A stretch of 64,000 nucleotides of DNA. Source: Negativicutes bacterium (GTDB taxonomy: Bacteria; Bacillota; Negativicutes; UBA1444). Positions within the stretch are counted from its first letter, which is position 1, and each line of letters begins with the position of its first letter. This document shows positions 21,359 to 30,771 of this stretch, piece after piece. The notes beneath the pieces were generated by a model. It saw only the letters and a list, made by a program, of their open reading frames with translations, did not search any database and was not told the origin of the DNA. The stretch covers positions 128,001 to 192,000 of the forward strand of contig CAXXIN010000013.1 in assembly GCA_963665275.2 (NCBI GenBank), given 5' to 3'. A program made the translations under genes and the position numbers.

Positions 21359-22636
21359 TTATTTCAATATTAAATTCGGAATATATATCGCCAACGGCGG
21401 GATGAGCGCCACGATAATAAGAGCCACAATCATGATTCCCACATAACTGGGGATGTACTGCAGCATGTCTTTCATTTTCACATCGCCGATCCCCATCGTG
21501 ATAAACAATATTCCTCCAACAGGTGGCGTCACTCCTGCATATACAAGCGTTACCACCATTACCAGGGCAAAGTGAATCGGATCGATGCCATACTGGGCGG
21601 CCAGGGGCATTAAGATGGGCGCAACGATGATCGTAGCGGCAATAGTTTCGATGAACATGCCAACGATCAGCAAAAAACCGATCAGCAGCAGCATAATGAC
21701 CTGCGGGCTCGACGTCAAGCTCGTCAAGTAACTGATTACAATTTGGGGCAGTTTCCCATAGGCAACAATCCAGCCCAGTATCGAGGCGCCGGCAATAATG
21801 AGCATTGCCATTGCTGTGGTTCCAGCCGCATTGAGTACAATCCTCGGTATGTCCCGTAAGTCAAATTCCTTGTAGACGAAAAATCCGATTGTGAATGCAT
21901 ATACGACGGCAACCGCACCGGCTTCGGTCGGTGTGAACGCGCCGATAATGATTCCGCCAATGATGAAGACAGGCATGATCAGCGCAAGAGACGCCTCTTT
22001 GGTCGCCTTCCATACCTCTAGGCGCGAACATTTTTCTTCACCCTTCAAATTGTATTTTTTGCCGTAGAAATAGGTCACACCCATTAATAAAAGGCCGATC
22101 AGAAGTCCCGGCACAATGCCCGCCAGAAATAGGGCGCCAATGGATATCCCTGTAAGCGAACCATAAATGATCATTGTTAGGCTGGGAGGAATGATCGGGC
22201 CGAGCGAGCCCGCACATGCCTGAATCATGGCAGCCATCGCTTTGGGATAGCCTTTTTTCTTCATGGCAGGGATTAGAATACTACCGACCGCTGCCGTGTC
22301 TGCGGCCGCCGAGCCGGAAACACCGGCGAATATCATACTGGTCAGGATGCAGACCATGCCAAGCCCTGCCGTAATATGTCCCACCAGGGCATAAGAGAAG
22401 TTAACCAGTCTGCGGGAGATTCCGCCGGTTTCCATGAACTCGCCGGCCAGCATGAAAAAGGGAATGGCCATCATGCTGAACGAATCAACCCCTACAAACA
22501 GTCGCTGTGGAATCAAGGTGATGGAGACATTCGTGGTAAACCAGAGCGCGGCGAGCGAAGCGATGCCCATCCCAAATGCGATTGGCACGCCGAGGAGCAA
22601 CATGATGGCGAAGACTAAAAATGTTAGTTCAAGCAT
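21359..22636 (-). CDS. TRAP transporter large permease (DctM)
   Basis: AIPFFMLAG, GVSGSAAAD, IIPPS, TPTEAG, TPPVG. Confidence 0.95.
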   Translation of the reverse strand: MLELTFLVFAIMLLLGVPIAFGMGIASLAALWFTTNVSITLIPQRLFVGVDSFSMMAIPFFMLAGEFMETGGISRRLVNFSYALVGHITAGLGMVCILTSMIFAGVSGSAAADTAAVGSILIPAMKKKGYPKAMAAMIQACAGSLGPIIPPSLTMIIYGSLTGISIGALFLAGIVPGLLIGLLLMGVTYFYGKKYNLKGEEKCSRLEVWKATKEASLALIMPVFIIGGIIIGAFTPTEAGAVAVVYAFTIGFFVYKEFDLRDIPRIVLNAAGTTAMAMLIIAGASILGWIVAYGKLPQIVISYLTSLTSSPQVIMLLLIGFLLIVGMFIETIAATIIVAPILMPLAAQYGIDPIHFALVMVVTLVYAGVTPPVGGILFITMGIGDVKMKDMLQYIPSYVGIMIVALIIVALIPPLAIYIPNLILK

Positions 22637-23111
22637 TTATGCCCATCCCTCTTTTTTCTTTCATCGCTAAATACCACTGGACCTGGGAAATCAGCATCCC
22701 CGCTGCCCCCACCGGGATGGCAAGATACACAATACCCATCGGAAACATGATGGAAGAAGAATACTGAGTCATGTTGACCAATGCCAGATCAAACCCTAGA
22801 ACAGCCACTAGGGCCAGAAACCCGGCGCTTAAGAGATTAACCAGCGTGAAAACAACGACCCATATCTTGTCTGGCAGCGATTCCAGAAACACGTCGAAGG
22901 TAATATTCATCCCCTTGCGTACGGTGATGATACCGCCGATATAGATCAGCCAGATGAATAGGAATCGCGCAACTTCCTCCGCCCAGGTCAGAGAATTCCC
23001 CACAATATATCGGAAAAACACTTGCATAAAAACGAGCAGCACGAGTGAAATGAACACAGTTACGATGAAAGCGTTCAGCGCCTTATTAACCAGTCTCACG
23101 ATATTATTCAT
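22629..23111 (-). CDS. TRAP transporter small permease (DctQ)
   Basis: QVFFRY, WAEEVARF; four TM segments. Confidence 0.92.
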   Translation of the reverse strand: MNNIVRLVNKALNAFIVTVFISLVLLVFMQVFFRYIVGNSLTWAEEVARFLFIWLIYIGGIITVRKGMNITFDVFLESLPDKIWVVVFTLVNLLSAGFLALVAVLGFDLALVNMTQYSSSIMFPMGIVYLAIPVGAAGMLISQVQWYLAMKEKRGMGINA

Positions 23112-23160
23112 CCGAATTCTCCTTGCCTTGAAATACCAGTGCTCCAGGTATCGATTGGGA

Positions 23161-23192
23161 TGGCTGGGTTCGTCAGGCGACGAACCCAGCCA
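23161..23192. other. 14-bp stem-loop between TRAP binding-protein and permease genes (probable mRNA stabiliser/partial terminator)
   Basis: TGGCTGGGTTCGTC-AGGC-GACGAACCCAGCCA. Confidence 0.6.
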
Positions 23193-23224
23193 CTATCTTC
23201 CAGGTACTGAGTCACTCTATGTAA

Positions 23225-24259
23225 TTATTGGGCTTTTTTGATTGCGTCAAGCAATGCCTGAGCATTGTTGTCCTTGACGAACTTCTCAACCATAGGAGCC
23301 GTTGCCTTCATATAAGGCGCCAGGTCAAGTTTGGTATATACGACGCCTTTGGCTGTGAGGTCTTTTCTGTTGGTTTCATCGATCTTAGTCGAAATTTCGT
23401 AGAAATATCCGATACTTTCGTCCGCAGCTTCGAGTATCGCTTTTTGAATATCCGCCGAAAGACCTGTGAACACTTTTTCGCTGATATTCAGCGAATCGCA
23501 GTTCATGTTATGGTTTGTTTCATATTGTTTTTTTGCCACTTCGGAAATTTTGATCGAGTTCAGGAATTCAGGTGTTCCTTCCATTCCATCGACTACACCC
23601 GTCTGGATGGCTGTATATGCTTCACCGGAAGGAATCGGGGTCGGATTGGCGCCAATGGCTTTGAAGTACTGTACAAGCACAGGCGATTCAGGAGTACGAA
23701 CTTTCACACCCTTGAAATCTTCGATCGATTTAATGTCTTTCTTCGCCAGGATTGTGCCCCGGAAAGCGACTCCAACGATCGTCAGTGATCTGATATTGGA
23801 TGCTTTCAGGATCTTATCACGAAGAATTTTTCCAGCCTCACCAGCCATGGCTTTTCTCACGTGTTGGGTATCTTTGAAAATATAGGGCAAATCGAGTATT
23901 CCCGCCGCCAAGTCGTAGTTGGCCAACAGACCTGTGTCAGCAATCGACATATCCATCGTTCCGATCTTCATCGATTCCAACAGATCTCTTTGTCCACCCA
24001 ATTGTCCATTGGGATAAATATCAACCTTAACTTTGCCATTGGTCTTTTTCGATAATAGTTCGGCGAATTTTTCAGCCTGTTTATTCAAACTATGGTCGGG
24101 AGTTAAATGATGCGCGAGTCGCAATGTGATAACTTTGGTATCATCTTTTTTCGTATCCGCTTTCTCTGGTCGCCCACACCCCGCAAAGACAAGTGCAACC
24201 ATCAGGATAGTCAGCAAAATCGGCAATAGTTTCGATACGCGTTTGAACATTTTCTCCAT
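23225..24259 (-). CDS. TRAP substrate-binding lipoprotein (DctP family)
   Basis: FAGC lipobox, YPNGQLG, GVKVRTP, EAYTAIQTGVVDG. Confidence 0.93.
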   Translation of the reverse strand: MEKMFKRVSKLLPILLTILMVALVFAGCGRPEKADTKKDDTKVITLRLAHHLTPDHSLNKQAEKFAELLSKKTNGKVKVDIYPNGQLGGQRDLLESMKIGTMDMSIADTGLLANYDLAAGILDLPYIFKDTQHVRKAMAGEAGKILRDKILKASNIRSLTIVGVAFRGTILAKKDIKSIEDFKGVKVRTPESPVLVQYFKAIGANPTPIPSGEAYTAIQTGVVDGMEGTPEFLNSIKISEVAKKQYETNHNMNCDSLNISEKVFTGLSADIQKAILEAADESIGYFYEISTKIDETNRKDLTAKGVVYTKLDLAPYMKATAPMVEKFVKDNNAQALLDAIKKAQ

Positions 24260-24413
24260 CCCCTTTATCCGATTTAATTTTCCCCCTACAAGTCCCCCTG
24301 AGCTGAACTCCCGCAAATTTACCGATTACCCCGCTCCTTTCATTTTTGTTATTTCATCAGAATTTATGCCAAATTCGCATCTGATAAGCGGCGTTGAATT
24401 CATTGTTACATTT

Positions 24414-24433
24414 TTTCGTAACCGGTTACGGAA
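24414..24433. promoter_or_regulatory. LacI-family operator 1
   Basis: CGTAACCGGTTACG palindrome. Confidence 0.8.
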
Positions 24434-24498
24434 ATGTCGAATCGATACATATTTATTTTTCTTTTCCGCATATCCGAGCGATTGTCACCAAATTTCAT

Positions 24499-24518
24499 TA
24501 CCGGAACCGGTTACGGAA
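24499..24518. promoter_or_regulatory. LacI-family operator 2
   Basis: CGGAACCGGTTACG, one mismatch to operator 1. Confidence 0.75.
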
Positions 24519-24530
24519 TCTGCCAAAAAA

Positions 24531-25535
24531 TTAAACCGGCAATGCTTTGGTCGATTTGCGGACTACCAAACTGACCTCAACATTCGGCGGCGAACTGACT
24601 TCACGACCTTCGATCATGTCGATCAGCATATGGGCGGCTAGTCTTCCTTTATTGCAGGCCTGCTGGTCAACTGTGGTCAAGGGGGGATTCAGCGATCCTG
24701 CCAGGGGGATATTGTCAAAGCCGACAATGGAGATATCATCAGGGACGCTTTTTCCAGCTTGCGTTGCCGCTCCTATGGCTCCGATTGCCATAAGGTCGCT
24801 TCCCACAAACACCGCTGTCACATCCGTATTCTGCAGCAGGCTCAGCATGGCATCATGTCCGCTGTCAATCGATGCAGCACCTTCACGGACCAACGTCTCA
24901 TCAAAAGCAATGTTATTATTTTTCAAAGCAGCGCAATAGCCGGCAAACCGGTCAGAACTACTGGCCAACAAGTTGTGGCCTTTGATAACGCCGATTCTTT
25001 TATGTCCCAGCTGAATCAAATGCTCGACCGCCAACGAGGCGCCCAGCATGTTATCCACTTCAACAAAATTGATATCAGGCACGTGAGGAATCCTGCTGGT
25101 AGAAACGAACGGCGCGCCGATTTCCTTCAACCGATCAACCATGTTTTTGTGGTCTTTGTTGGGACTGATGAGGATAAATCCCGGCACTTTCTTTTGTTTG
25201 AACACCGCAACATAATCTTCCTTGGCGTAGTGGCACAACAGCAGATGATAGCCGGCGGCATTGGTTTCCAGCGAAACGCCCCGCATGATTTCGGCGTTAA
25301 AGGGATTGGCGAAGATGTAGTTCGCATCATAGGGGATGATCAGGCCAATCGTGTTAATGACCCGTTTGTGTGCAATCGCCGTTGCCGATGCATTGGGCTG
25401 AAAATCATATTTTCGGATGAGCTCAGTAATTTTTTCCCTTGTATCCGGATTCACATCCGGCTTATTATTAATGACTCGCGAGACTGTAGTTTTCGAAACT
25501 CCTGCCATTTTGGCTATTTCCAAAATATTGGCCAT
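24531..25535 (-). CDS. LacI-family regulator
   Basis: ILEIAKMAGVSKTTVSRVIN, SVPDDISIVGFD, PPLTTV. Confidence 0.95.
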   Translation of the reverse strand: MANILEIAKMAGVSKTTVSRVINNKPDVNPDTREKITELIRKYDFQPNASATAIAHKRVINTIGLIIPYDANYIFANPFNAEIMRGVSLETNAAGYHLLLCHYAKEDYVAVFKQKKVPGFILISPNKDHKNMVDRLKEIGAPFVSTSRIPHVPDINFVEVDNMLGASLAVEHLIQLGHKRIGVIKGHNLLASSSDRFAGYCAALKNNNIAFDETLVREGAASIDSGHDAMLSLLQNTDVTAVFVGSDLMAIGAIGAATQAGKSVPDDISIVGFDNIPLAGSLNPPLTTVDQQACNKGRLAAHMLIDMIEGREVSSPPNVEVSLVVRKSTKALPV

Positions 25536-25581
25536 GTTCCACCTCGAATAATCGCTTATTCCCCAAGATGATGCCGCACTC

Positions 25582-25605
25582 GATTCCGTAACCGGTTACG
25601 GAATC
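25582..25605. promoter_or_regulatory. LacI-family operator 3 (autoregulatory)
   Basis: Perfect 24-bp palindrome GATTCCGTAACCGGTTACGGAATC. Confidence 0.85.
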
Positions 25606-25695
25606 ATCTTACATTACCGGAATCTTGCATGTCAATATGATTTTGCAATTTTCTATTTTCGCCACTGTTGATTCTTCTGATTTCGCTATAACTGG

Positions 25696-25743
25696 ACAGA
25701 TCAAAAGCCTTTTCATGTTACTTTGAAAAGGCTTTTGATCTGT
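25696..25743 (-). terminator. terminator of amino-acid ABC operon
   Basis: 20-bp inverted repeat ACAGATCAAAAGCCTTTTCA / TGAAAAGGCTTTTGATCTGT. Confidence 0.7.
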
Positions 25744-25774
25744 TTCATTTAGGTTTTGCTCAATCGGATACTCT

Positions 25775-26536
25775 TTAGTTGGCTTGCAGCACCTTAGCCA
25801 AAAATTCCAGCGTGCGGGGGTGATCCGGCTGCGTGAAGATCTTCTCCGGCGGGCCCTGTTCGATGATCCGGCCCGCGTCCAGCACGACGATCGTATCGGC
25901 CACTTCCCGGGCGAAGCGCATCTCGTGGGTGACGATCGCCATCGTCATCCCTTCTTCCGCCAGCGCCCGCATAACTTGGAGCACCTCACCGACCATCTCC
26001 GGATCGAGCGACGAAGTTGGCTCGTCGAACAACATGATTTTGGGCTGCATGGCGAGAGCCCGTGCGATGGCCACCCGTTGTTTTTGCCCGCCCGACAGAC
26101 TGTAGGGCAGCACCTGTTCCTTTTCCGACAGCCCGACTTTTTTCAGCAGAGAGCGGCCCAATACGTCGGCCTCGGTCCGGCTCATCCCTTTCAGATCCAT
26201 CGGCGCCATCGTGATATTCTGCAGCACCGTTTTATGCGGGAAGAGATTGAACGCCTGGAAAACCATGCCCACTTCCTGCCGCATCCGGTTCAGTTCCTGC
26301 TGCGGCATCGGCGCCGATTTTCCATTCACAGCGCGGCGGCCGATCGGGTCGCCTTCGATGGTGATCTCCCCGTCCTCGTATTCTTCCAGATAGTTGATAC
26401 AGCGCAACAAGGTGCTTTTCCCCGAACCAGACGGGCCGATGATCACGACGACCTTGCCCCGGCCGATCTCCAGATCGATGTCCTTCAGCACATGGTGCGT
26501 TCCGAATGATTTGTTTACTTTGGCGATCTTGATCAC
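25775..26536 (-). CDS. polar amino-acid ABC transporter ATPase
   Basis: [34 protein letters not shown]. Confidence 0.95.
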   Translation of the reverse strand: MIKIAKVNKSFGTHHVLKDIDLEIGRGKVVVIIGPSGSGKSTLLRCINYLEEYEDGEITIEGDPIGRRAVNGKSAPMPQQELNRMRQEVGMVFQAFNLFPHKTVLQNITMAPMDLKGMSRTEADVLGRSLLKKVGLSEKEQVLPYSLSGGQKQRVAIARALAMQPKIMLFDEPTSSLDPEMVGEVLQVMRALAEEGMTMAIVTHEMRFAREVADTIVVLDAGRIIEQGPPEKIFTQPDHPRTLEFLAKVLQAN

Positions 26537-27207
26537 TGCAGTTCGCCTCCCGTCCGGAAGCGTTTTTCCAGATAAATCCCCAGCGCTCCGATCACATTAT
26601 TTAGTATGTAATACATCATGCTGACCGCGAGCAGGAATTCCAGTGTGCGGTACGTGTCCGCGATCAGAATGTTGGCCTGCCGGAACAGTTCCACCACCGT
26701 GATGGTGGACAGCAGAGATGAATTTTTGGTGAGGGAAATGAACTCATTGGTCAGCGGCGCCAGCATGCGCAGAATAGCCTGCGGTACAATGATCTTGACC
26801 ATCGTCTGCATATAGGAATAGCCCAGAGACCGCCCGGCTTCCATCTGCCCCCGGTCGATCGACTGCACGGCCCCCCGGACGATCTGCGAAGAGTAGGCTC
26901 CGCTGTACATTCCTAGAGCGATGACGCCCGAAAACCAGGCCACAGTGTCGATGCCGAAAACAATCGGCAACCCGTAGTAGAGCAGAAACAGCTGCACCAA
27001 AAGCGGTGTGGCCCGGAACCAGGACAGATAAAACAGGGACAGCCACCGCAGCGGCGCGAAGCGCGATATCTGACCAAACGCGATGATCGTGCCGATGACC
27101 AGGCTCAGAAAAAAGCCGGCGCAGGAATACACGATCGTCAGGCCCAGCCCGTGCAGCAGAAAGTTCAGATTCCGACCGAGAAAGATAACCGAGAAATCAA
27201 AGGTCAT
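26533..27207 (-). CDS. polar amino-acid ABC transporter permease
   Basis: [30 protein letters not shown]. Confidence 0.95.
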   Translation of the reverse strand: MTFDFSVIFLGRNLNFLLHGLGLTIVYSCAGFFLSLVIGTIIAFGQISRFAPLRWLSLFYLSWFRATPLLVQLFLLYYGLPIVFGIDTVAWFSGVIALGMYSGAYSSQIVRGAVQSIDRGQMEAGRSLGYSYMQTMVKIIVPQAILRMLAPLTNEFISLTKNSSLLSTITVVELFRQANILIADTYRTLEFLLAVSMMYYILNNVIGALGIYLEKRFRTGGELQ

Positions 27208-28001
27208 TCAAACCACTTCTTGACCAGCTTGTCATAAGTTCCATCAGCCTTGAGCTTCTTCAGGGCTTCATTAACGGCCTTCACCAGATCCTGGTCATCC
27301 TTGCGGATTCCATAGCCGTAGAACTCTTCCGTCAGGGTACCTGGCAATACTTTGGCCGTGCCTTTTTCTTTCGAATACGTTTTCGCAGCAGGTAGACCGG
27401 TGACCACTGCATCCACCTTGCCTGTTTCCAGTTCCATGAACATATCATTGTTGGTTTCGACCTTGACCAGCTTGATTTCTTTGAACTGCGGTTCTTCCAG
27501 ATACTTTGCCGACTTGGTGCCGATCTGCACCGTAACTTTCTTGCCGTTCAGGTCTTTGATCCCCTGAATGGTGTTATTGTCCTTTTTCACCATGATCGCC
27601 AATCCGCCAGGAAAATAGGTGTCCGAGAACGCGATGGTCTGTTTGCGTTCTTCCGTGATATACATGGCCGATACAATCAGGTCGAACTTCTTCGCGAGCA
27701 GACCCGGAATCAGGCCCTTGAATTCGGTATCCACATACTCGACTTTGTCGGCGCCCAGCTGTTTGGCCACCGCTTCCACCAGCTCGATGTCGAAACCGGT
27801 GTATTTGCCGTCCACTTTGAATTCGAAAGGTTTAAAGGTTGCATCCGTACCGACGGTGAACACCTTCGTCTGTTTGACCTTGTCCACCACGCCCTTGGGC
27901 GCCTCCGCTTTACCCGCCGCCGGGGCCGGGGTTGAACCTCCGCCGCATCCGGCTGTGACAACCATAACCAACAGAGCAATACTGAGCAGCATTTTTTTCA
28001 T
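27204..28001 (-). CDS. polar amino-acid ABC substrate-binding lipoprotein (GlnH-like)
   Basis: TAGC lipobox, DATFKPFEF, GFDIEL, ITEER; ATG 28001 after GGGGAG. Confidence 0.93.
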   Translation of the reverse strand: MKKMLLSIALLVMVVTAGCGGGSTPAPAAGKAEAPKGVVDKVKQTKVFTVGTDATFKPFEFKVDGKYTGFDIELVEAVAKQLGADKVEYVDTEFKGLIPGLLAKKFDLIVSAMYITEERKQTIAFSDTYFPGGLAIMVKKDNNTIQGIKDLNGKKVTVQIGTKSAKYLEEPQFKEIKLVKVETNNDMFMELETGKVDAVVTGLPAAKTYSKEKGTAKVLPGTLTEEFYGYGIRKDDQDLVKAVNEALKKLKADGTYDKLVKKWFE

Positions 28002-28035
28002 CCGTCTCTCCCCCTTCAAAATTACGCACCAGCGA

Positions 28036-28099
28036 AAAACAAAAACGACCGGTGCAGAAACCACGCCGCCGTGCCCCCTGCAACCGGACGTCACTGTCC
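28036..28099 (-). promoter_or_regulatory. 5' leader: ANTAR-like hexaloop hairpin overlapping an intrinsic terminator
   Basis: GGAC-AGTGAC-GTCC (28099-28086) overlaps the stem GACGTCCGGTTGCAG...CTGCACCGGTCGTT, followed by a T tract before the RBS. Confidence 0.6.
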
Positions 28100-28201
28100 C
28101 GCGTGCATTTTTTCACTACGAAATCAATATTACTATATCCGTGTATTCGACACAATATGTAGATAGCTGCAAACTGAATCTTAATACTTGTATACATTAA
28201 G

Positions 28202-28243
28202 AACAGAAGCCCGAAAGAAGAGATTCTTCTTTCGGGCTCTGTT
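28202..28243 (-). terminator. terminator of mod operon
   Basis: AGCCCGAAAGAAG-N5-CTTCTTTCGGGCT inverted repeat. Confidence 0.7.
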
Positions 28244-28271
28244 TCATTCATTCTTGCTTTGATGTGATACT

Positions 28272-28475
28272 TTACTTCAATACCATCATTTCTGTTGCTT
28301 TGACCAGGGCTGTTACTTTGTCGCCCACTTTCAACTCCAGGTCATCCGCAGAATCGTTCGTAATAACGGCAACCAATTCATCGCCCTTGTAGTCCATGAC
28401 GATCTTGGCCATTACTCCGCCCCGGACGATTTCCGTAATCGTAGCCTGCAGTTTGTTTCTCCCGCTGATTTTCAT
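28272..28475 (-). CDS. molbindin / TOBE-domain (Mop) protein
   Basis: MKISGRNKL...AVITNDSADDLELKVGDKVTALVKAT. Confidence 0.92.
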   Translation of the reverse strand: MKISGRNKLQATITEIVRGGVMAKIVMDYKGDELVAVITNDSADDLELKVGDKVTALVKATEMMVLK

Positions 28476-28519
28476 AACAACGCCTCCCTTGTATGATGTA
28501 ATAACTCCATTTTATCTTA

Positions 28520-29200
28520 CTACGCCCGCAAGCTCTGTTCAATCTCCATCATTCCCAAACTTCCCCTGCCAACCGGCTTGCCTTTTTCGAGAAACAGGAC
28601 CTGCGTTCCCATTGTTTGCGCCTCTTCCGGATCGTGTGTTACAAGGATAAACGGGATCTTCCATAAGGCTTGCATGCTGCGTAGTTCGGACTGCAACTCC
28701 AGACGAGTTTCCTGATCTAGAGACGACAACGGTTCATCCAAAAGCAAAATCTGCGGTTTGGCCATCAAAGCCCGCGCCAGAGCTACCCGTTGTTTTTCCC
28801 CGCCGGAAAGCTGCGTGATATTGCGCTCTGCAAGGTGCTCAATTCTTAGCAGACTCATAAGCTTCTCATACATATGCGCAGCTTCCTGCTCACAATACTT
28901 AACCCCGTACCAGATATTCTTTCGCACATTCATGTGGGGAAACAGGGCGAAATCCTGAAACATATAGCCAATCTGACGATCACGCGGCGGAACGAATACG
29001 TCGGTATCCGAGTCGAAAAACACCTGGTCATCGCAGACGATCCTGCCGATATCAGGCTTCAACAAGCCGGCTATAGAACGCAGCGTTGTTGTCTTGCCGC
29101 AGCCGGAAGGCCCGAACAACACCAAAATGTCGCTTTCGATGCTGAATTGGATGTTCAGGGAAAAATCAGGCAAATGTTTGGTAATATCGACAGACAGCAT
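28520..29200 (-). CDS. modC: molybdate ABC transporter ATPase
   Basis: GPSGCGKTT, IGYMFQDFALFPH, LSGGEKQRVALARAL; TGATG overlap with modB. Confidence 0.9.
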   Translation of the reverse strand: MLSVDITKHLPDFSLNIQFSIESDILVLFGPSGCGKTTTLRSIAGLLKPDIGRIVCDDQVFFDSDTDVFVPPRDRQIGYMFQDFALFPHMNVRKNIWYGVKYCEQEAAHMYEKLMSLLRIEHLAERNITQLSGGEKQRVALARALMAKPQILLLDEPLSSLDQETRLELQSELRSMQALWKIPFILVTHDPEEAQTMGTQVLFLEKGKPVGRGSLGMMEIEQSLRA

Positions 29201-29886
29201 CAAAACACCCCCTTCGTCGGCGCCGCGCAGTGTTTCTTCCGCGCCCAGAGATTGACCCAAAAAATCATGGAAAAAGTAATCAGACTAATGATTAGCACGT
29301 AAATGCCCGCCTGGCTCATATCATTCGATTCGGCGGCAAAGTAGATCGCCAGTGGAATGGTCTGCGTCTTCCCCGGAATATTGCCCGCTACCATGATCGT
29401 CGCGCCGAATTCGCCCAAAGCCCTGGCGAAGGACAGCACGATCCCCGACAACAACCCCGGCCAAGCCAGCGGCAGCGTGACCGTCCAAAACACTCGCCTT
29501 TCTGTTGCCCCCAAGGTCCGGGCGGCATCTTCCAGTTTGGTATCGACGCCTTGAAAGGCAGCCTTGGTGCTCTGGTACATCAGCGGAAAAGCCACGACAG
29601 TCCCTGCGAGAATCGCTGCATACGGGGTAAAGATGATCTGTGTGTGAAAATATTCTTCCAGAAATCTTCCCACCGGCCCTTGCTTGCCAATCAGGATCAA
29701 CAGCAAAAATCCGGTGACTACCGGCGGCAAGACCAGTGGCAAGGCAAAGATCGCCTCCACAGCGGCTTTTCCGCCGAACTCCCATTTGCGCATGGCATGG
29801 GCAAATAAAACACCGAAAATCACAACGAAAATCAGCGAAACAAACGCAACTTTAATCGATAACCATACTGGCTGCCACTCCGGCAT
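29200..29886 (-). CDS. modB: molybdate ABC transporter permease
   Basis: LPLVLPPVVTG, FARALGEFGATIMVAGNIPGKTQT. Confidence 0.95.
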   Translation of the reverse strand: MPEWQPVWLSIKVAFVSLIFVVIFGVLFAHAMRKWEFGGKAAVEAIFALPLVLPPVVTGFLLLILIGKQGPVGRFLEEYFHTQIIFTPYAAILAGTVVAFPLMYQSTKAAFQGVDTKLEDAARTLGATERRVFWTVTLPLAWPGLLSGIVLSFARALGEFGATIMVAGNIPGKTQTIPLAIYFAAESNDMSQAGIYVLIISLITFSMIFWVNLWARKKHCAAPTKGVF

Positions 29887-29899
29887 CAGGACACCTGCC

Positions 29900-30721
29900 T
29901 TAGTTTTTTGTCAACGGATTGAAGCCGTATTTCACGAACACCTTCATCCCTTCCGGGCCGGCCAAATAGTTGAGGAATTCTGCAGCGGCCTTGGGCTGCT
30001 TGGAGGCGGCCAGAACCACTCCCGGGAAGATAATCGGTCGATGGCTTCCCGGAGGGGCTGTCGCTACGATTTTAACCTTGTCGCTGGTAGCCGCCACCGT
30101 CGAGAAGATAATGCCGGCTTCCGCATTTCCGGTTTCCGCATACGCCATCAGCGTACGGACATCCTTGCCCAGAACCGCCTTCGATTTTACCGTTTCCCAG
30201 ACACCCAGCGACTTCAACACCTCAATTCCATATTCGCCGGCAGGAACAGTTTCCGGCGCGCCCAGGCCGAAGTGCTGCACCCCCGGCAGCGTCAAATCCT
30301 TAAAGTCTTTGATGTCGAGTTTTGAGTTCTGCGGAACCACCAGCACCAGTTGGTTGCCCACTAGATTTTTACGAGTTTCAGTCTTGATCAGATTCTTTTT
30401 CTGCAATTCATCCATTTGCTTGACTGCCGCCGACAAAAAAACATCAGCGGGAGCGCCCTGCTCAATTTGGGCCTGCAAAGCGCCGGCAGCTGCAAAATTA
30501 TAAACGATCTTTACATTCGGCTGAATCGTTGCATAGTTTTTTTGAATATCCAGCAAAACTTCCTTGAGTCCCAAAGCTGCAGAAACGTTGATCTCAACAG
30601 TCTGAACCTTGGGAGGTTCGCCTGTAGACGACGCGGACGGCGCAGACGGAGCGCAACCGGCAACCCAAAAGAGGCTCGCTGCAAATACGACCAAACTCGC
30701 TAACGGTTTTACCAATTTCAC
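29900..30721 (-). CDS. ModA paralog with substituted oxyanion-binding residues
   Basis: ModA fold motifs (QIEQGAPADVF, VPAG, DVR) but AALGL / FAAAGAL / GIIFSTV in place of AAxSL / GASG / GIVY. Confidence 0.88.
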   Translation of the reverse strand: MKLVKPLASLVVFAASLFWVAGCAPSAPSASSTGEPPKVQTVEINVSAALGLKEVLLDIQKNYATIQPNVKIVYNFAAAGALQAQIEQGAPADVFLSAAVKQMDELQKKNLIKTETRKNLVGNQLVLVVPQNSKLDIKDFKDLTLPGVQHFGLGAPETVPAGEYGIEVLKSLGVWETVKSKAVLGKDVRTLMAYAETGNAEAGIIFSTVAATSDKVKIVATAPPGSHRPIIFPGVVLAASKQPKAAAEFLNYLAGPEGMKVFVKYGFNPLTKN

Positions 30722-30771
30722 GCCAAATCACCTCTTCCACATCAATTACGTGTTTCACTTTCCCATCAGTG

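Noticed and set aside
28062-28073. CAC-GGCGGC-GTG as a canonical ANTAR P2 hairpin
   Set aside because: It forms the apex of the terminator and is compatible with it, so it cannot act as the competing hairpin; a role as a second binding site is not excluded.
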